Assembly (NCBI RefSeq): GCF_006345805.1
Contig: NC_043000.1
Location: 3,658,001-3,722,000, forward strand
Source of the DNA: Octopus sinensis
Taxonomy: Eukaryota
Direction: 5' to 3'
Length of the DNA stretch: 64,000 nucleotides
A program made the position numbers and the translations under genes. This document shows positions 1-13,067 of the stretch, piece after piece. Numbering within the stretch: the stretch's first letter is position 1; each line of letters begins with the position of its first letter. The notes under the pieces are model-generated. The model ran no database searches. It had not been told where the DNA came from and saw nothing but the letters and a program-made list of their open reading frames with translations.

Positions 1-1268
1 GCCTATTTTATGTGATCTTATGATAAAAAGTAATTCATTATTAAGCTAGAATTTTGAAAGAATAGATTAAATTTCTACATATTAAATGTAAATTTTGACA
101 ATCGTAATACAACAGAAAACAATGCCATCTGGTGCTTATTCTCCCCTCTCTATATTCTATAAACCCAAAAGTTCATATCTACTTTATTTATACTTCATTT
201 AAATCAACATAACCTTTATATAAGGTTATCAGAAATCTGGGTATGTAACATTATAGAAAGCAATATCTATAGAAAACTTTGAAATGGCAACTAAATGGTT
301 TTTTTGTACGCAAAGTTTATAGTTATTGATCCAAAGAACTTCCAGAAAATTTTTCATGACATTTTTGAAGTTATATTACATGAGATGAATATATGTCACA
401 ACCCATAAAACTAGAAAGCATAACAAGCTCTGAAGTAGGTAGGTACCCCTGATAGACTACATACATTAAATTATCTCACAAGAAATCTTTAGAAATAGTG
501 GTATCTTATGAGAGTTGTTTAAACTGTTGATAGATATCTAAAACAGATATTACAAAAAGGAGGCAATTCTCAAGAAATTTTTTAGCAAAAGAGTCATTTC
601 TTGTTTTATTTTTCTTCTCTCTTTTCATATTTTGGTCCAGCTTAAAAATTTCTCATAAAAAGAAAATTAAGATTTATCTTTAAAAGGCATCACTTTAAAA
701 CAATGAATTATCATATTGTTTTATTTTATTTTCTGCAAGGTTTTTTTCCAAATGAAATCTTCGTTATAGTGAAATCCATATTTTATTGTGGGTCTAACTA
801 AAGTATCACGTTATCTTCATCAAAGAAGGAAACTATGTAAAAATATTGATTTCTTATTTAGACATGATGACTGTATATCATAAACACAAAGAATGAAGTT
901 CTATGAAATTTATGGGTTCCTAAGGGTATAAAGCAGCAGAAGTAATCTGATTTCAGTGTAAAATTGAAACTGTATCATTAACTCTAGTCACTGGTAACTG
1001 ACTAATTGTTCTACATCATTATCCTTATGGCAATTACTAATTACTTTCTGTCTGTATCCCTATCTTTTGCTCTAACCTATCTCTTTTGTTTACTCTCTTT
1101 TTCAGCTGGGGCAGCCATGTATCTCCTCTGCAGCAAGACACTTATTCTGTAGCCTTCTGTTATACTTTAACCTCTCAACTGGCACAAAGCTACCCTACCC
1201 CCTCAATACTACTCTGCCTTCTTGTTGAATAGACTTTGTCTTGTAAATTACTTGGTAAGCCCATCAAT

Positions 1269-1440
1269 GCTGGTGCCACATAAAAAGCACACCAGGCTGG
1301 TGTTAGAAAGGGCATCCAGCCATAGAGATTATGCCAAAGCAAACAATGGAGCCTGGCTTGGTTCTCTGGCTTGCCAACTCCTGTCAAACCATCCAACCAT
1401 CCATGGAAAACAGATCTTAAATCATGATGGTAATGATGAA
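1269..1440 (+). mobile_element. Family C element, decayed 3' fragment
   Basis: gctggtgccacataaaaagcac...gaaagggcatccagc...ttaaatcatgatg matches the family C 3' end seen at 6772-6974. Confidence 0.6.
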
Positions 1441-1680
1441 AGATGTATTAATGATTTACATAATCATATATAGTAAGAAACAAGAAAATATTTAAGGTCC
1501 TCACAAAAAAAAAAAAATTAATTTTCTCACCCACAAAATGATATATATTCAGTAACTTTAATATTTGTGTATATATCTTTAAACAGTTTTAACTGCCATG
1601 GTTAGCATGCTGCACAGACCATAACCCTAATCTCATGAATTCAAAATGTTGGGCTTTTCATCCAAGACAATATTAGTTTC

Positions 1681-1887
1681 AAATTTTGGCACAAGGCCAG
1701 TAACTTCAGGAGGAGACAAGTTGATTACATCAACCTCAGTACTTAACTGGTACTTATTTTATCAACCTTGAAGGGACGAAAGGTAAAAGTTGACCTCGAC
1801 GGAACTGGAACTCAGAATGTAAAGCCAGACAAAATGCTGCTAAGCATTTTGCCTAGCATGCTAACAATTCTGCCAGCTCACCATCTT
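1681..1887 (-). mobile_element. SINE family D, decayed
   Basis: Reverse complement shows head 'gagctggcagaattgttagcatgc', B-box-like 'gagttccagttcc' and body 'cctttcgtcccttcaaggttgataaaataagtaccag'. Confidence 0.7.
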
Positions 1888-4492
1888 ACTCCCAAACGAT
1901 ATTGATAACATTTCTAGTTAAATGGGCACTACTAGCATAATGTAGTGAGCCAAAAGAAATTTAAGTAACTAAATCTCATGTAGAGAGGATGAAAAAAGGG
2001 GGAAAAAAAACATAGCTTTATCTCTAATTCTGATCAAGAAAAGTAAGGGAAGCAATTCCTCTAGCTGACTTCATTAGAAATGACATCCTATCAGAAAAAT
2101 ATTTTAGTACATTCCTTAAAGCTGCATAAGCAAATATCCAAATATATAAAATTTATCTACACCAAACATATGAGACCACATTATATACTTATAATAAATA
2201 ATTGTGGGAGGAAAAGATTTCAGTTCTGGATTTAAACTGGAGAAAATGCAAAACAACCTGTCATGATTAATTTTTGCCTATGTAAATATAAAGAAATAAC
2301 AGTGTAATGTTACAAATTCATAGGGGTAGCATAAGTTGCTATGTGACCTCAAAAGTCAAGCTGAAACAAAGAACTGACAGCTATAGATTGTAACTTAGTA
2401 ATTCAAAGACAGTATTAGTATTAAAATGTATCTGTGCTGCAGGTGAGGTCAATGCAAATTTCTAAATGTAAAAGATAAATCATTGTATAACATCTGTCAT
2501 TGGACTAAATCTATGTTTGAAAATTTAAAAACAAAAACTAAATCTGTACCTGAATTAAAACAAAACATTATTCAGTCAAAAGCCAATATTTTGACCAATA
2601 TTTTGACCAACAGAATAAAGTATGCATAAAGAATACTAAAAAAGCACTAATAAATAGTCCAGTCATTGCAGACTTTTATCTTTCCCTGACAATGACTAAT
2701 CAGAATGGTGATAAGATAAAATATTGAAAGTTAGCTACCACTTGAACTGAAAATCTCAGAGGTCACTTCACTTGTTAGAAACAGAAGCCAAATTTAAAGC
2801 AGGATGTATAGGACAATGTAATCTCTGGTATGCAAAAAGATGGGATGGTCTAAGTTGGAACATCTTTGATTAATGATCTGCTTGATTAAGACTGACAACA
2901 ACTAATAGCTAAAACTTTTGCATTGCAATTTGGCTACAATGTTATATTACATTAGGAGACATACTGTTGGATATGTGGTTTATAGTATTTAGTATTACCT
3001 CTGGCCTGTACACATGTCTGTGGCTTTTCAACAATTATCACATCTACACAAAGCTGTTTGGGGGGAGCTGGCTTTTCTAATGTCACCCCAACCCAAGACA
3101 ACTCAATTCCCCCATCTCTTTTCCTTTCATCTTTCATATTATATCTGATCCCTCCCAAGGCCTACATTAACCCCTATATCCAATCTTTCCTCCTTAGAAA
3201 GTCAACTTTCAGGATTTCTCACCTGGCTTATGATTTCCCTGCAGGAATTGACTTGCAGTTATTCTAGAATAATATCAATCAAATTGGCTACAATTGTCTC
3301 AGAAGGCCCATGAAGGCCAAGGGTACAGCCCCTTTTCTCAGACCAATCCACTGAAAAAGATAAAAAAACTAGGAACTTCATCTCTAAATAAAAGACAGTA
3401 ACATTTTTCTTTATCTGCTTAATAAACTGCTTAAATGTGTAAATATATTGTAAATAAGCATTCTATAGATAAAGTTAATAGTAAAAATAACCATTTTAAT
3501 AACATATTTCAGAACTTTAGAATTTTCCAAAAATATCTAAAATTATGTAAAGAATCAGCATGACATTATCTGTTTGGTGGTAGTAATAATAAACTAACAG
3601 ACTGATTGTAGCAGTAGCCACTTCTTACTTGCAAAGTCATTTTCATGTCCTGACTGAAGAAACTATCTTATGGAAGAAACAAGGTCCAAATACAGTGACA
3701 ACCAAGCTTGCGGAATATGTGTGTGACACAAATATATCTGAAGACCCTGTATCACTGATGCAATAACAAGTTGTCAGTGTTCTATAATATTGTTATAAGC
3801 AGGAAATATAAAATAAAGGATTGGTGGTTTCATTTCCCAGATGAATGATTCTTGAATTAAAATTTGATCTTATTATTCTAAGATTCCTGGGATATTGTTT
3901 GTTTACAGCTGATAATGGATGCTTTCTTCAAACCATTTGTATTTCGAGTCTTATTTTTGAGATATTTTGTTCCATTGTGGAACCTTGCTTTCAAAGATCT
4001 ATAAATAGAGAACTTATATTGTAAATTCCCAGATTGCTTTAAGGGAGATAGATTCTGTTACTGACTAATTTCTTCTTGCGAATTCGATTGCAGCTTCCTT
4101 CTATTTCTTTCTCTCTATTCTACTTGCATGTTTGTGTGTGTGTGTGTACATACATAAATACATATATGCATACATTACACAAAAAAAAACACATACATTA
4201 TACACAGACAAACACACGTGTGTGTGTGTGCACGAGTGCACATGTACACACTCATACATGGAATGTACCATTTTTGCTTTAACTGCTTTCAGTTTTATCT
4301 CCATTAACTACAATTTCATTGTAATTCAGTTGAAATAGAAACACTTTATTTACTCTGCTAGGAATCCATATTATGAAATGTAAGTGAATTAATATTATGT
4401 ATTACAGAGAAAATATTACATATTACTGATTAGATATTGCAGGATAGAGAGAAGATATTAAATGTTACATGAAGATATCAAATATTACATAT

Positions 4493-4686
4493 ATGGATTG
4501 GATTACGTATCACACAAGACATAGTATATATGACCAGAAAGATACAAGCAAGTGGATGGATATTCTTTCATTCACTTAGCTGAGGTGGGACAGAGCTCAT
4601 AGTTTTTTTTTTTCAGGCCCCCAGAGATTCGTTGGAAGTAAAGGGCTGTAAAAATATTGATATCTTTAATATTTGATGTAAACTGT
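4493..4686. repeat. 194-bp direct duplication, copy 1
   Basis: Identical by eye to 5309-5502, including the 11-T run; offset 816 bp. Confidence 0.9.
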
Positions 4687-4750
4687 TCCAGGTTGATAGT
4701 TAAAAGTAAAACATCAGTATGGAAGGATTTCCTTAGAAAGAATAGCTTAA

Positions 4751-4969
4751 CTCTTTAGCATTCAAACTAACTATATTAGGCCCAAATATTCTTCTCATTT
4801 TATGTTTAAACTGGCCAGGTCTAGCCTCTCATATCTACCCTACAATATCATTCTAAGAATAAACAGCCACATCATCAAAATCTTGAAGCTATGAGATATA
4901 CAAGATCAATGCAAAACAATATAAATAGATAAGCATTGCATTTGACAGAGGAATCTGAATGCTAAAGGG
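4751..4969. mobile_element. piggyBac-type MITE
   Basis: TTAA on both sides (4747-4750, 4970-4973). TIRs ctctttagcattcaaa / tctgaatgctaaaggg. No ORF. Confidence 0.75.
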
Positions 4970-5068
4970 TTAATATAGGATAGGATCAGTGGAGAGGTGA
5001 GATAGTGAGGGTCACTAGAAACGGATTATAAATACATTTGAATAGATATAGTTGAAATTTATATAGAA

Positions 5069-5310
5069 CTAGCACTATGACCTGGCGTTGCTGGGTCATA
5101 ATGCTAGTGCATGCATATACAGCTGCATGCGTGCGCACATACACACGAGTACTGTCCAAATCTCTGACCAATCACATACAGCTAGCTGGCATTCAATTGG
5201 TGTATCAAGTTTTGGGCATTTTGATAGGGTTTTGGATAGAAAATTCACAAAAAAGTCACTTATATTGATTTTTTAATGGCTTTGTGGGGTGACTGTGGAA
5301 ATGTAAAGAT
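5069..5310 (-). mobile_element. Non-autonomous Helitron, 3' part (truncated)
   Basis: On the minus strand it ends with hairpin tatgacc..ggtcata followed by CTAG|T. Shares 'attgat..tttaatggct..tggggtgactg.ggaaatg.aaagat' with 29589-30074. Confidence 0.65.
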
Positions 5311-5502
5311 GGATTGGATTACGTATCACACAAGACATAGTATATATGACCAGAAAGATACAAGCAAGTGGATGGATATTCTTTCATTCACTTAGCTGAG
5401 GTGGGACAGAGCTCATAGTTTTTTTTTTTCAGGCCCCCAGAGATTCGTTGGAAGTAAAGGGCTGTAAAAATATTGATATCTTTAATATTTGATGTAAACT
5501 GT
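5309..5502. repeat. 194-bp direct duplication, copy 2
   Basis: Identical to 4493-4686. Confidence 0.9.
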
Positions 5503-5511
5503 ATGTATGTG

Positions 5512-5544
<33 letters not shown>

Positions 5545-5720
5545 GTATGTATGTTATATGTATGTATGTATATATGTATGTATGTATGCATGTATGTATG
5601 GTTGCATGTGCATGCATATGCATATGCATGCATCATGCATGCATGCATGCATGATGTATGTATGTATGTATGTATGTATGTATGTATGTATGTATGTATG
5701 TATTATGTATGTATGTATTG
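5501..5720. repeat. (TATG)n/(CATG)n microsatellite
   Basis: Directly visible; source of the YVCM/HTYI ORFs. Confidence 0.95.
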
Positions 5721-5969
5721 TGTTCTTGTAGAAATGAAAATTTGAGGTATTCCGGATTGCTAGACGATGTATCAAAGAGAAGTCTGTACAGATGAATAAT
5801 GGTATGCTTTTACTCTGATTCTGAAAAGAAAGATGCATAGAAATGCTATGACAAAAGGCTATTAAATATAGAGAATGAATGAAAGGTAGGGATTCTCCCC
5901 TATGTGAACCCAACATAGGGACTAGCCATTCATGTTGACAGTAGTATGATAGATAAGGCAATTAAGAGT

Positions 5970-6290
5970 GAGGGCGCGTGGCTTAGTGGTTAGGGCATTC
6001 GGCTCATGATCGTAAGGTTGTGAGTTCGATTCCCGGCGACGCGTTGTGTCCTTGAGCAAGACACTTTATTTCACGTTGCTCCAGTCCACTCAGCTGGCAA
6101 AAATGAGTTGTACTTGTATTTCAAAGGGTCAGCCTTGTCACTCTCTGTGTCACGCTGATTATCCCCGAGAACTACGTTAAGGGTACACGTGTCTGTGGAA
6201 TGCTCAGCCATTTGCACGTTAATTTCACGAGCAAGCTGTTCCGTTGATCGTATCAGCTGGGACCCTCGTCGTCGTAACCGGCGGAGTCTT
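5970..6290 (+). mobile_element. SINE family B (tRNA head, CORE-like body, tail type 1)
   Basis: A box tggcttagtgg, B box gagttcgattcc, body gtgtccttgagcaagacact..ccagtccactcagctgg; 3' part shared with 54809-55192. Confidence 0.85.
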
Positions 6291-6474
6291 TAAATGTATG
6301 TATGTATGTATGTATCACCCTGCTTATGTCCCATACCTAAGAAAGAATAATACTGTCATTCTGCATCATTTGCTCTCACTTTCAACATTTCTAAAGGATA
6401 TTTTTTTTTTTTTTATTTAATTTTATTTAATCTAGTTTCAGCTCACGAGCTGTGGCCATGCTGGGGCACCGCCA

Positions 6475-6680
6475 TAATGATAATAATAATAATGATAATA
6501 ATAATAATCCTTTCTACTATAGGGACAAGGCCTGAAATTTTGGGGGAGGGGACTAGTCAGCTTTATCGACCCCAGTGTTTTCACTGGTATTTAATTTATC
6601 GACCCTGAAAGGATGAAAGGCAAAGTTGACCTCGGTGGAATTTGAACTCAGAACGTGGCGACAGATGAAATACCGCTAGA
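6475..6680 (-). mobile_element. SINE family D, 5'-truncated, with (ATT)n tail
   Basis: ggatgaaaggcaaagttgacctcggtggaatttgaactcag on +, preceded by (AAT)n. Confidence 0.75.
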
Positions 6681-6771
6681 TTATAAACATCCTTCATCAC
6701 TTTAAAATCTTCTTCCCTTCTCAGTAGTCACCTCACTACTATGGTTTCAACAGAGCTAGGTCCACTGGAGA

Positions 6772-6974
6772 CTGGCACGTAAAAAGCACCCACTACACTC
6801 GCGGAGTGGTTGGCGTTAGGAAGGGCATCCAGCTGTAGAAACACTGCCAGATCAGACTGGAGCCTGGAGCAGCCCCTGGCTCCCCAGACCCCGGTCGAAC
6901 CGTCCAACCCATGCTAGCGCGGAAAACGGACGTTAAACGATGATGATGAGGATGATGATGATGATGATGATGAT
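6772..6974 (+). mobile_element. Family C element, 3' end with (ATG)n tail
   Basis: ggcacgtaaaaagcacccactacac...ggaagggcatccagctgtag...ggacgttaaacgatgatgatg. Confidence 0.85.
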
Positions 6975-8393
6975 TACACATTAGTGGCCTCTTGCTCTTG
7001 AAATCTTGAAATTTGTAAAATTCATTTTGTTGTTTGTTTTTTTTTAACATTAACAAATATTTCAACATTTTCTAGAATGAGAAATTTTTAGTAGAGTTAT
7101 ATATTTATGACCTCTACCCTTCCAGGTCAGAAGTCCTTATTCAGATCACTTCATGTTGCTTGGGCACTGTCCAACACATGATTGATTCCAGTATAGCTTA
7201 GGGGTCACTTACCTCACTTTCATCTCTGCATTGCTTAATACACAACACTTCTCATGCACTTAGACCTCATTCTAGGCAAGAGAGACATTAAAAGAACTTT
7301 ATATAGTGACATTGTAACTTTGTATCTAAAAATGTACCCCCATACACACATACACACACACATACACACTACAAACCACCTATTTCTCAATAAATATTAG
7401 CCTTTGCAACTGCGGATGACCTTTCATGGTGACCACACATAATATCTATAACAGTTTAAATTGCATCTCAAACACTAGATTTTCTTTTCACAGTTCTCAA
7501 AAAGTATTTCATACCCTAACAGCTGTTTGCCATACATAAGCACAAACTTCCATTCTATATCACATCTATGAAGGTGTTCCCAAGCATATACTCATATTTC
7601 CTAAAATGGTCATCTATTTGACAAACAAATTTTTAATTACCAACACACTATAGCCACATCCCACCACCCACTGCTTCTTTTATCACAAATGCAATGATTT
7701 CTACTGATTTCTACTCTATAAAATTTGTTGATTCTATCTCACCTCCATGAAAATCTGGTTTTACTTACCCATATCTCTTTACTGTGTTAAACATTCTAGA
7801 CCATGATCTAGATATTTTGCTCAATACTTCTTTCTTGAAAGGCGATCTCACTTGAAATCCCTCTCTACTTGTGTTTTATGTCCATAGCCATCGATTGTCT
7901 AATGTATAAATAAAACCTTCATTAACCTACGTCTCAGTTACAAAGGGCCTGCAAAGACTATAGGTTCTTCAAATATAACTGTCCAGACTGACAGATGCTA
8001 TAATCCATCAGTTTATATATTCTGTATATATATTGTATACAACTGTGTACAGGGGAGATATACAGATTCAGCTCTGGTCACTCAGATTATAACCTTATTT
8101 TTAATTCACTTCTTTACAATGGGTGTTGAAAGTGTTTTCTGCTCACCACAGTCAGTGTGAGTATATCACATTTGTCACCTTACAAGTGTATATCTGGTTT
8201 GTTAACCCACAATAGTACATCAGATCCCAATCATCTCAATAAGAGTACTTCAGGTCTCAGTCACTTTATAAGAGTACATCAAAACAATGAGGGAGCCTTT
8301 ATGTAGTCATGTAACCTGTGAGAAATTACATCCTGTTTCTCTAAAATCACACTAATTTCTTAAAAACAGACATACATGTCACATAACATAATT

Positions 8394-8798
8394 CATCATC
8401 ATCATCATCGTGTAACATCCACTTTCCATGCTAGCATGGGTTGGATGATTTGACTGAGGACTGGCGAACCAGATGGCTGCACCAGGCTCCAATCTGATCT
8501 GGCAGAGTTTCTACAGCTTGATGCCCTTCCTAATGCCAACCATTCCAAGAGTGCAGTGGGTGCTTCTATGTGCCACCGGCATGAGGGCCAGTCAGGCGGT
8601 ACTGGCAACGGCCTCGCTCAAATGGTGCTTTTTTATGTGCCACCTGCACAGGAGCCAGTCCAGTGGCACTGACAATGACCTCGTTCGAATGTTTTTTCAC
8701 ATGCCACCTGCACAAGTGCCAGTAACGCGACGCTGGTAACGATGACGCTCGAATGGTGCTTTTTATGTGCCACCGACATGGAAGCCAGTCAGCTGCTC
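8394..8798 (-). mobile_element. Family C element with several internal tandem units
   Basis: (CAT)n tail at left; repeated 'ggtgctttt.atgtgccacc' units. Confidence 0.85.
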
Positions 8799-9066
8799 TG
8801 GATGAGATGAATAAGTTGTAGATGAATAAGATAGAAATGCATAGATCTGCTGGATCATGTCAGAGATGGGAATAATCAACAACATATGGGCTCAGTTAAC
8901 CCACAGGATTACAACAAAATTCGATCGTGTCAAGGAGACCTACATCAGATTTCAATCATCTTATGAGAATAAATCAGAATAAAGGAAAGCCTCCAGATAG
9001 TCATTCAACTAGTTAAAAATAGTAGATCATACCTTGCCCTCTTAAAAAAAAATGAAAGGAATATAT

Positions 9067-9470
9067 TACTCTCTTTTACTTGTTTCAGTCATTTGACTGT
9101 GGCCATGCTGGAGCACCGCCTTTTAGTCGAGCAAATCGACCCCAGGACTTATTCTTTGTAAGCCCAGTACTTATTCTATCGATCTCTTTTGCCAAACCAC
9201 TAAGTGACGGGGACATAAACACACCAGCATCAGTTGTCAAGTGATGTTGGCGGTGGGACAAACACAGACACACAAACACACGCACATGTATATACATATA
9301 CATACACACGACAGGCTTCTTTCAGTTTCTGTCTACTAAAAACACTCACAACGCTTTAGTCGGCCCAAGGCTATAGTAGAAGACACTTGCCCAAGATGCC
9401 ACGCAGTAGGATTGAACCCAGAACCATGTGGTTGGTAAGCAAGCTACTTACCACACAGCCACTCCTGCAC
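9067..9470 (-). mobile_element. SINE family A
   Basis: Full head-to-tail homology with 22252-22661. Confidence 0.9.
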
Positions 9471-9699
9471 ATATTAGATATTAGATAACATAATTTTAGA
9501 TGCACCATTTGAAATAAAGATGGAAAGATCATGATTGGTTGCTTTTGAACATAAATCTCCTGGTTCAGAGCCCACCTGGGGCTAAACAACAACTATGATA
9601 TCAAGTTTCAGTTACCATCATGCCTCAATCTCCACTTCTCACTCTCTTACATTTCTATACATATGATCTCCTACAACTGCCTCTTCATTTTCTACATCC

Positions 9700-10265
9700 A
9701 AAAACTTTAACATACCATAACTAGAACTATAAAACTGTATACAGCTATGGTACAACCACACTTGGAATTCGCATCATCAGTTTGGAACCCCTATCTTGCT
9801 CAGAACATTGACCTCCTGGAATCTGTCCAGAGACGTGCAACCAAATGCATACCCTCCATCAGACACCTACCATATTCTGAGCGCCTTGTTTCCCTGGGCA
9901 TGGATTCACTGAAGCTCCGGCGTCTGGCGACGGACTTAGTAAACACCCACAAAGTTATCAACCACCTCACCAACAACAACACTGAACACCTTTTTGATCT
10001 CCATGTGTCTAACACACGTGGACATGCCTACAAAGTCAGAAACCAACACAGCTCCCATGACCTTCGGAAACATTTTTTCACGCTCAGAGTTGCTGAAGCA
10101 TGGAATAAACTGCCTGCGTCAGTTGTTGACTGCCATGACACTGCATCCTTTAAGGCCCTCATGCTTTCCGAAATCCGCCGAAACTACACCTGATTATATA
10201 TACACTTTAGATGAGTTGTAGTGCACCTGAGCACTGTACACAATTATTATTATTATTATTATTAT
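9700..10265 (+). mobile_element. CR1-clade LINE, 5'-truncated 3' end (ORF2 C-terminus, UTR, (ATT)n tail)
   Basis: ORF 9747-10193 has CR1 motifs VQPHLEFASSVWNPY, LESVQRRATK, TRGH and FFTLRVAEAWNKLP; (ATT)n tail 10243-10265. Confidence 0.9.
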
Positions 10266-10830
10266 AGAAACTTATTAAACAAAACAGTTATATCAGAAAA
10301 AGACTGACCACAGACATTTTTTTTTTTTGGTCTGGACATTGTAATAACTATAATGACCTCTAAAAGGTTATAATATTTTTTTTATAAGACAAGTGAACAT
10401 GAAATTGTCTTGTTATATATTGATCATAAACAGCTGTAGTATCTACACTGACCAAAAATTGATCAAAACTTCTATCTAGGGCAACTAGAAATCGGCCATA
10501 GCAACTTATAGTACTTAGAGAAACCAGAAAAAAATTGACCACTTTGTATTCCGAGTGATTAGAAGCTGACCATAAACAGCTGTAGTATTGAGATTGACCA
10601 GATATTAACTTAATTTTTCTGACAAAGTTAACCAGTTCTACAGAAATACACTATGTCAGGCTGCGGCTGTATAATTGACAATCGTAATGGTTTTAAGTTA
10701 TATAAAATATATACTCAGGATCAGCGAACAACCTTTCCATACTGTGATGTGACACAAGGAGCCAAATCAACAATTACTGCTGAGTGAAAACTGTTATCTT
10801 CCACCCACATATATATTTACAATAATATAC

Positions 10831-10849
10831 AAAGAAAAGAAAGAAAGAG

Positions 10850-10897
<48 letters not shown>

Positions 10898-11008
10898 GAA
10901 AGAGAAAGAGAGAAGGAATGAAAGAAAGAAAGAAAGAAAGAGAGAGAGAAAGAAGTGGAGAAAGAAAGAAAGAAAGAAACAGAGAGAAAGAAAGAAAGAA
11001 AGATAGAG

Positions 11009-11039
<31 letters not shown>

Positions 11040-11070
11040 AAGAAAGAAAGAGAGAGAGAGAAAGAAAGAG

Positions 11071-11105
<35 letters not shown>

Positions 11106-11226
11106 GAGAAAGAAAGAAAGAGAGAAAGAAAGAAAGAGAGAGAGAGAGAAAGAAAGAGAGAAAGGGAAGGATGAAAGAGAGAAAGAAAGAGAGAATGAAA
11201 AAAGAAAGAGAGAATGAAAGAAAGAG

Positions 11227-11257
<31 letters not shown>

Positions 11258-11337
11258 GAGGGAAAGAGAAAAAAACGGAGAAAGAAAGAAAGAAAGAAAG
11301 AAAGAGAGAAGGAAACTGATAGACAGACAGACAGAAG
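10831..11337. repeat. Polypurine (AAAG)n/(AG)n tract, ~500 bp
   Basis: Directly visible; source of the K/E/R-rich and S/F/L-rich ORFs. Confidence 0.95.
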
Positions 11338-11778
11338 TAATGCTAGCAATATTTGACAGAGGTGAAATGTGTTCAGTGACGCAAGTACAAAACATCACTG
11401 AGATAGGATTCAATAGAAGTGTTGATTAAATGTAATTTTACTGTATATTTGAAAGAAGAATATTTCAGTTTGCTGGAACATCAATAACATTTTTTTGTTT
11501 ATTCTTTTTACACAACATAAATGTATATAATGCAATCTGTTATCTGCATTTCTCTCTAGGTAAATATATTGTATGAAATTTATTGTTTTTCAAATCAAGA
11601 TGTTATAAATTAACATAGGAATGGTCTGATCAATAGGTTAATGCAGTCAGGAAAGGTGAATAACTATTTCTTATGAAAGCTAGTAACATAGTTTCTCTGC
11701 CAAAATTGTAGAAAAAGCAATATATACAGTCCAATTCAAAATAGTATGAGACAAACAGATATAAAAACAGTTTAGCAA

Positions 11779-12197
11779 TAATAATGATAATAATAATAAT
11801 CCTTTCAATTATAGGCACATGGCCTGAAATTTGGGGAGGGGGATAGTCAAATACATCAACCCCAGTATTCAACTGGTACTTAATTTATCAACCCCAAAGG
11901 ATGAAATGTGAAGTCGACCTTGGTAGAATTAGAACTCCGAACGTAATGACAGATGAAATACCTATTTTTTTATTACCCACAAGGGGCTAAACACAGAGAG
12001 GACAAACAAGGACAGACATAGGTATTAAGTCGATTATATCGACCCCAGTGCGTAACTAGTACTTATTTTAATCAACCCCGACAGGATGAAAGGCAAAGTC
12101 GACCTCGGCGGAATTTGAACTCAGAATGTAGCAGCAGATGAAATACCGCTAAGCATTTCGCCCGGCGTACTAACAATTCTGCCAGCTCATTGCCTTC
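11779..12197 (-). mobile_element. Two tandem SINE family D copies
   Basis: Two successive bodies (about 11800-11962 and 11963-12197); the second has the longer tail 'ccacaaggggctaaacacagagagg'. Confidence 0.8.
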
Positions 12198-12199
12198 CT

Positions 12200-12206
12200 C
12201 CTACTA

Positions 12207-12251
<45 letters not shown>

Positions 12252-12263
12252 ATAATAATAATA

Positions 12264-12298
<35 letters not shown>

Positions 12299-12325
12299 TT
12301 AATAATAATGATAATGATGATGATG
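12200..12325. repeat. Compound (CTA)n(AAT)n(GAT)n microsatellite
   Basis: Directly visible. Confidence 0.95.
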
Positions 12326-12465
12326 GACTCTCTTAATAAAGACGACATATGAATGTTCAGATTTTGCCGAAATGACCTACACAAATGATTTGTTTATAGT
12401 GATCCAATCTATATGCCGCACATTTGCTAACTCTCTCCGTCAAATCAATGTTGCCTGAACAGGTG

Positions 12466-12610
12466 CACAGTGTACCACGTGTCAGGTGTCGAAGTCATCA
12501 CAGAGCAACATGAGATGAAGTGTTTTGCTCAAGAACACAACACATCACTTTGTCTAGGAATTAAAACCACGATCTCGCAATTGTCAGTGCAACACCCTAA
12601 CTACTAGGCC
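12466..12610 (-). mobile_element. SINE family B-type head fragment
   Basis: Reverse complement: ggcctagtagttagggtgttgcactgac...gtgttcttgagcaaaacacttcatctcatgttgctctgtgatg; homologous to the 5' part of 30531-31214. Confidence 0.65.
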
Positions 12611-12646
12611 GTCAAATCTTCTCAGTTTGACATTAGTAAACAAAAA

Positions 12647-13067
12647 TACTCTTTTACTCTTTTACTCTTTTACTTGTTTCAGTCATTTGACTGCAGCCAT
12701 GCTGGAGCACCGCCTTTAGTCGAGCAAATCGACCCCGGGACTTATTCTTTGTAAGCCCAGTACTTATTCTATCGGTCTCTTTTGCCGAACCGCTAAGTGA
12801 CGGGGACGTAAACACACCAGCATCGGTTGTCAAGCGATGATAGGGGGACAAACACAGACACACAAACATATACACACACACTTATATATATATATACATA
12901 TATACGACAGGGTTCTTTCAGTTTCCGTCTACCAAATCCACTCACAAGGCATTGGTCGGCCCGGGTCTATAGCAGAAGACACTTGCCCAAGATGCCACGC
13001 AGTGGGACGGAACCCGGAACCATGTGGTTGGTTAGCAAGCTACTTACCACACAGCCACTCCTGCGCC
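12647..13067 (-). mobile_element. SINE family A, young full-length copy
   Basis: (ACTCTTTT)x3 tail on +; tRNA-like head ggcgcaggagtggctgtgtggtaagtagc..ggttccgggttccgtccc on -. Confidence 0.92.

Noticed and set aside
2660-2700. Hairpin agtcattg..caatgact as a pre-miRNA or snoRNA
   Set aside because: The stem is too short and matches no mature sequence I recognise.
3648-3692. CUGAAGA..GAAAC-aag-GUC hammerhead-like string
   Set aside because: Stem II is weak and there is no stem I pairing; at best a decayed remnant.
5970-6045. tRNA genes at SINE heads (also 43584, 54812, 22252)
   Set aside because: A and B boxes are present, but the heads continue into SINE bodies and I could not fold complete cloverleaves.
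10774-11429. K/E/R-rich and S/F/L-rich ORFs
   Set aside because: Translations of the (AAAG)n/(AG)n tract.
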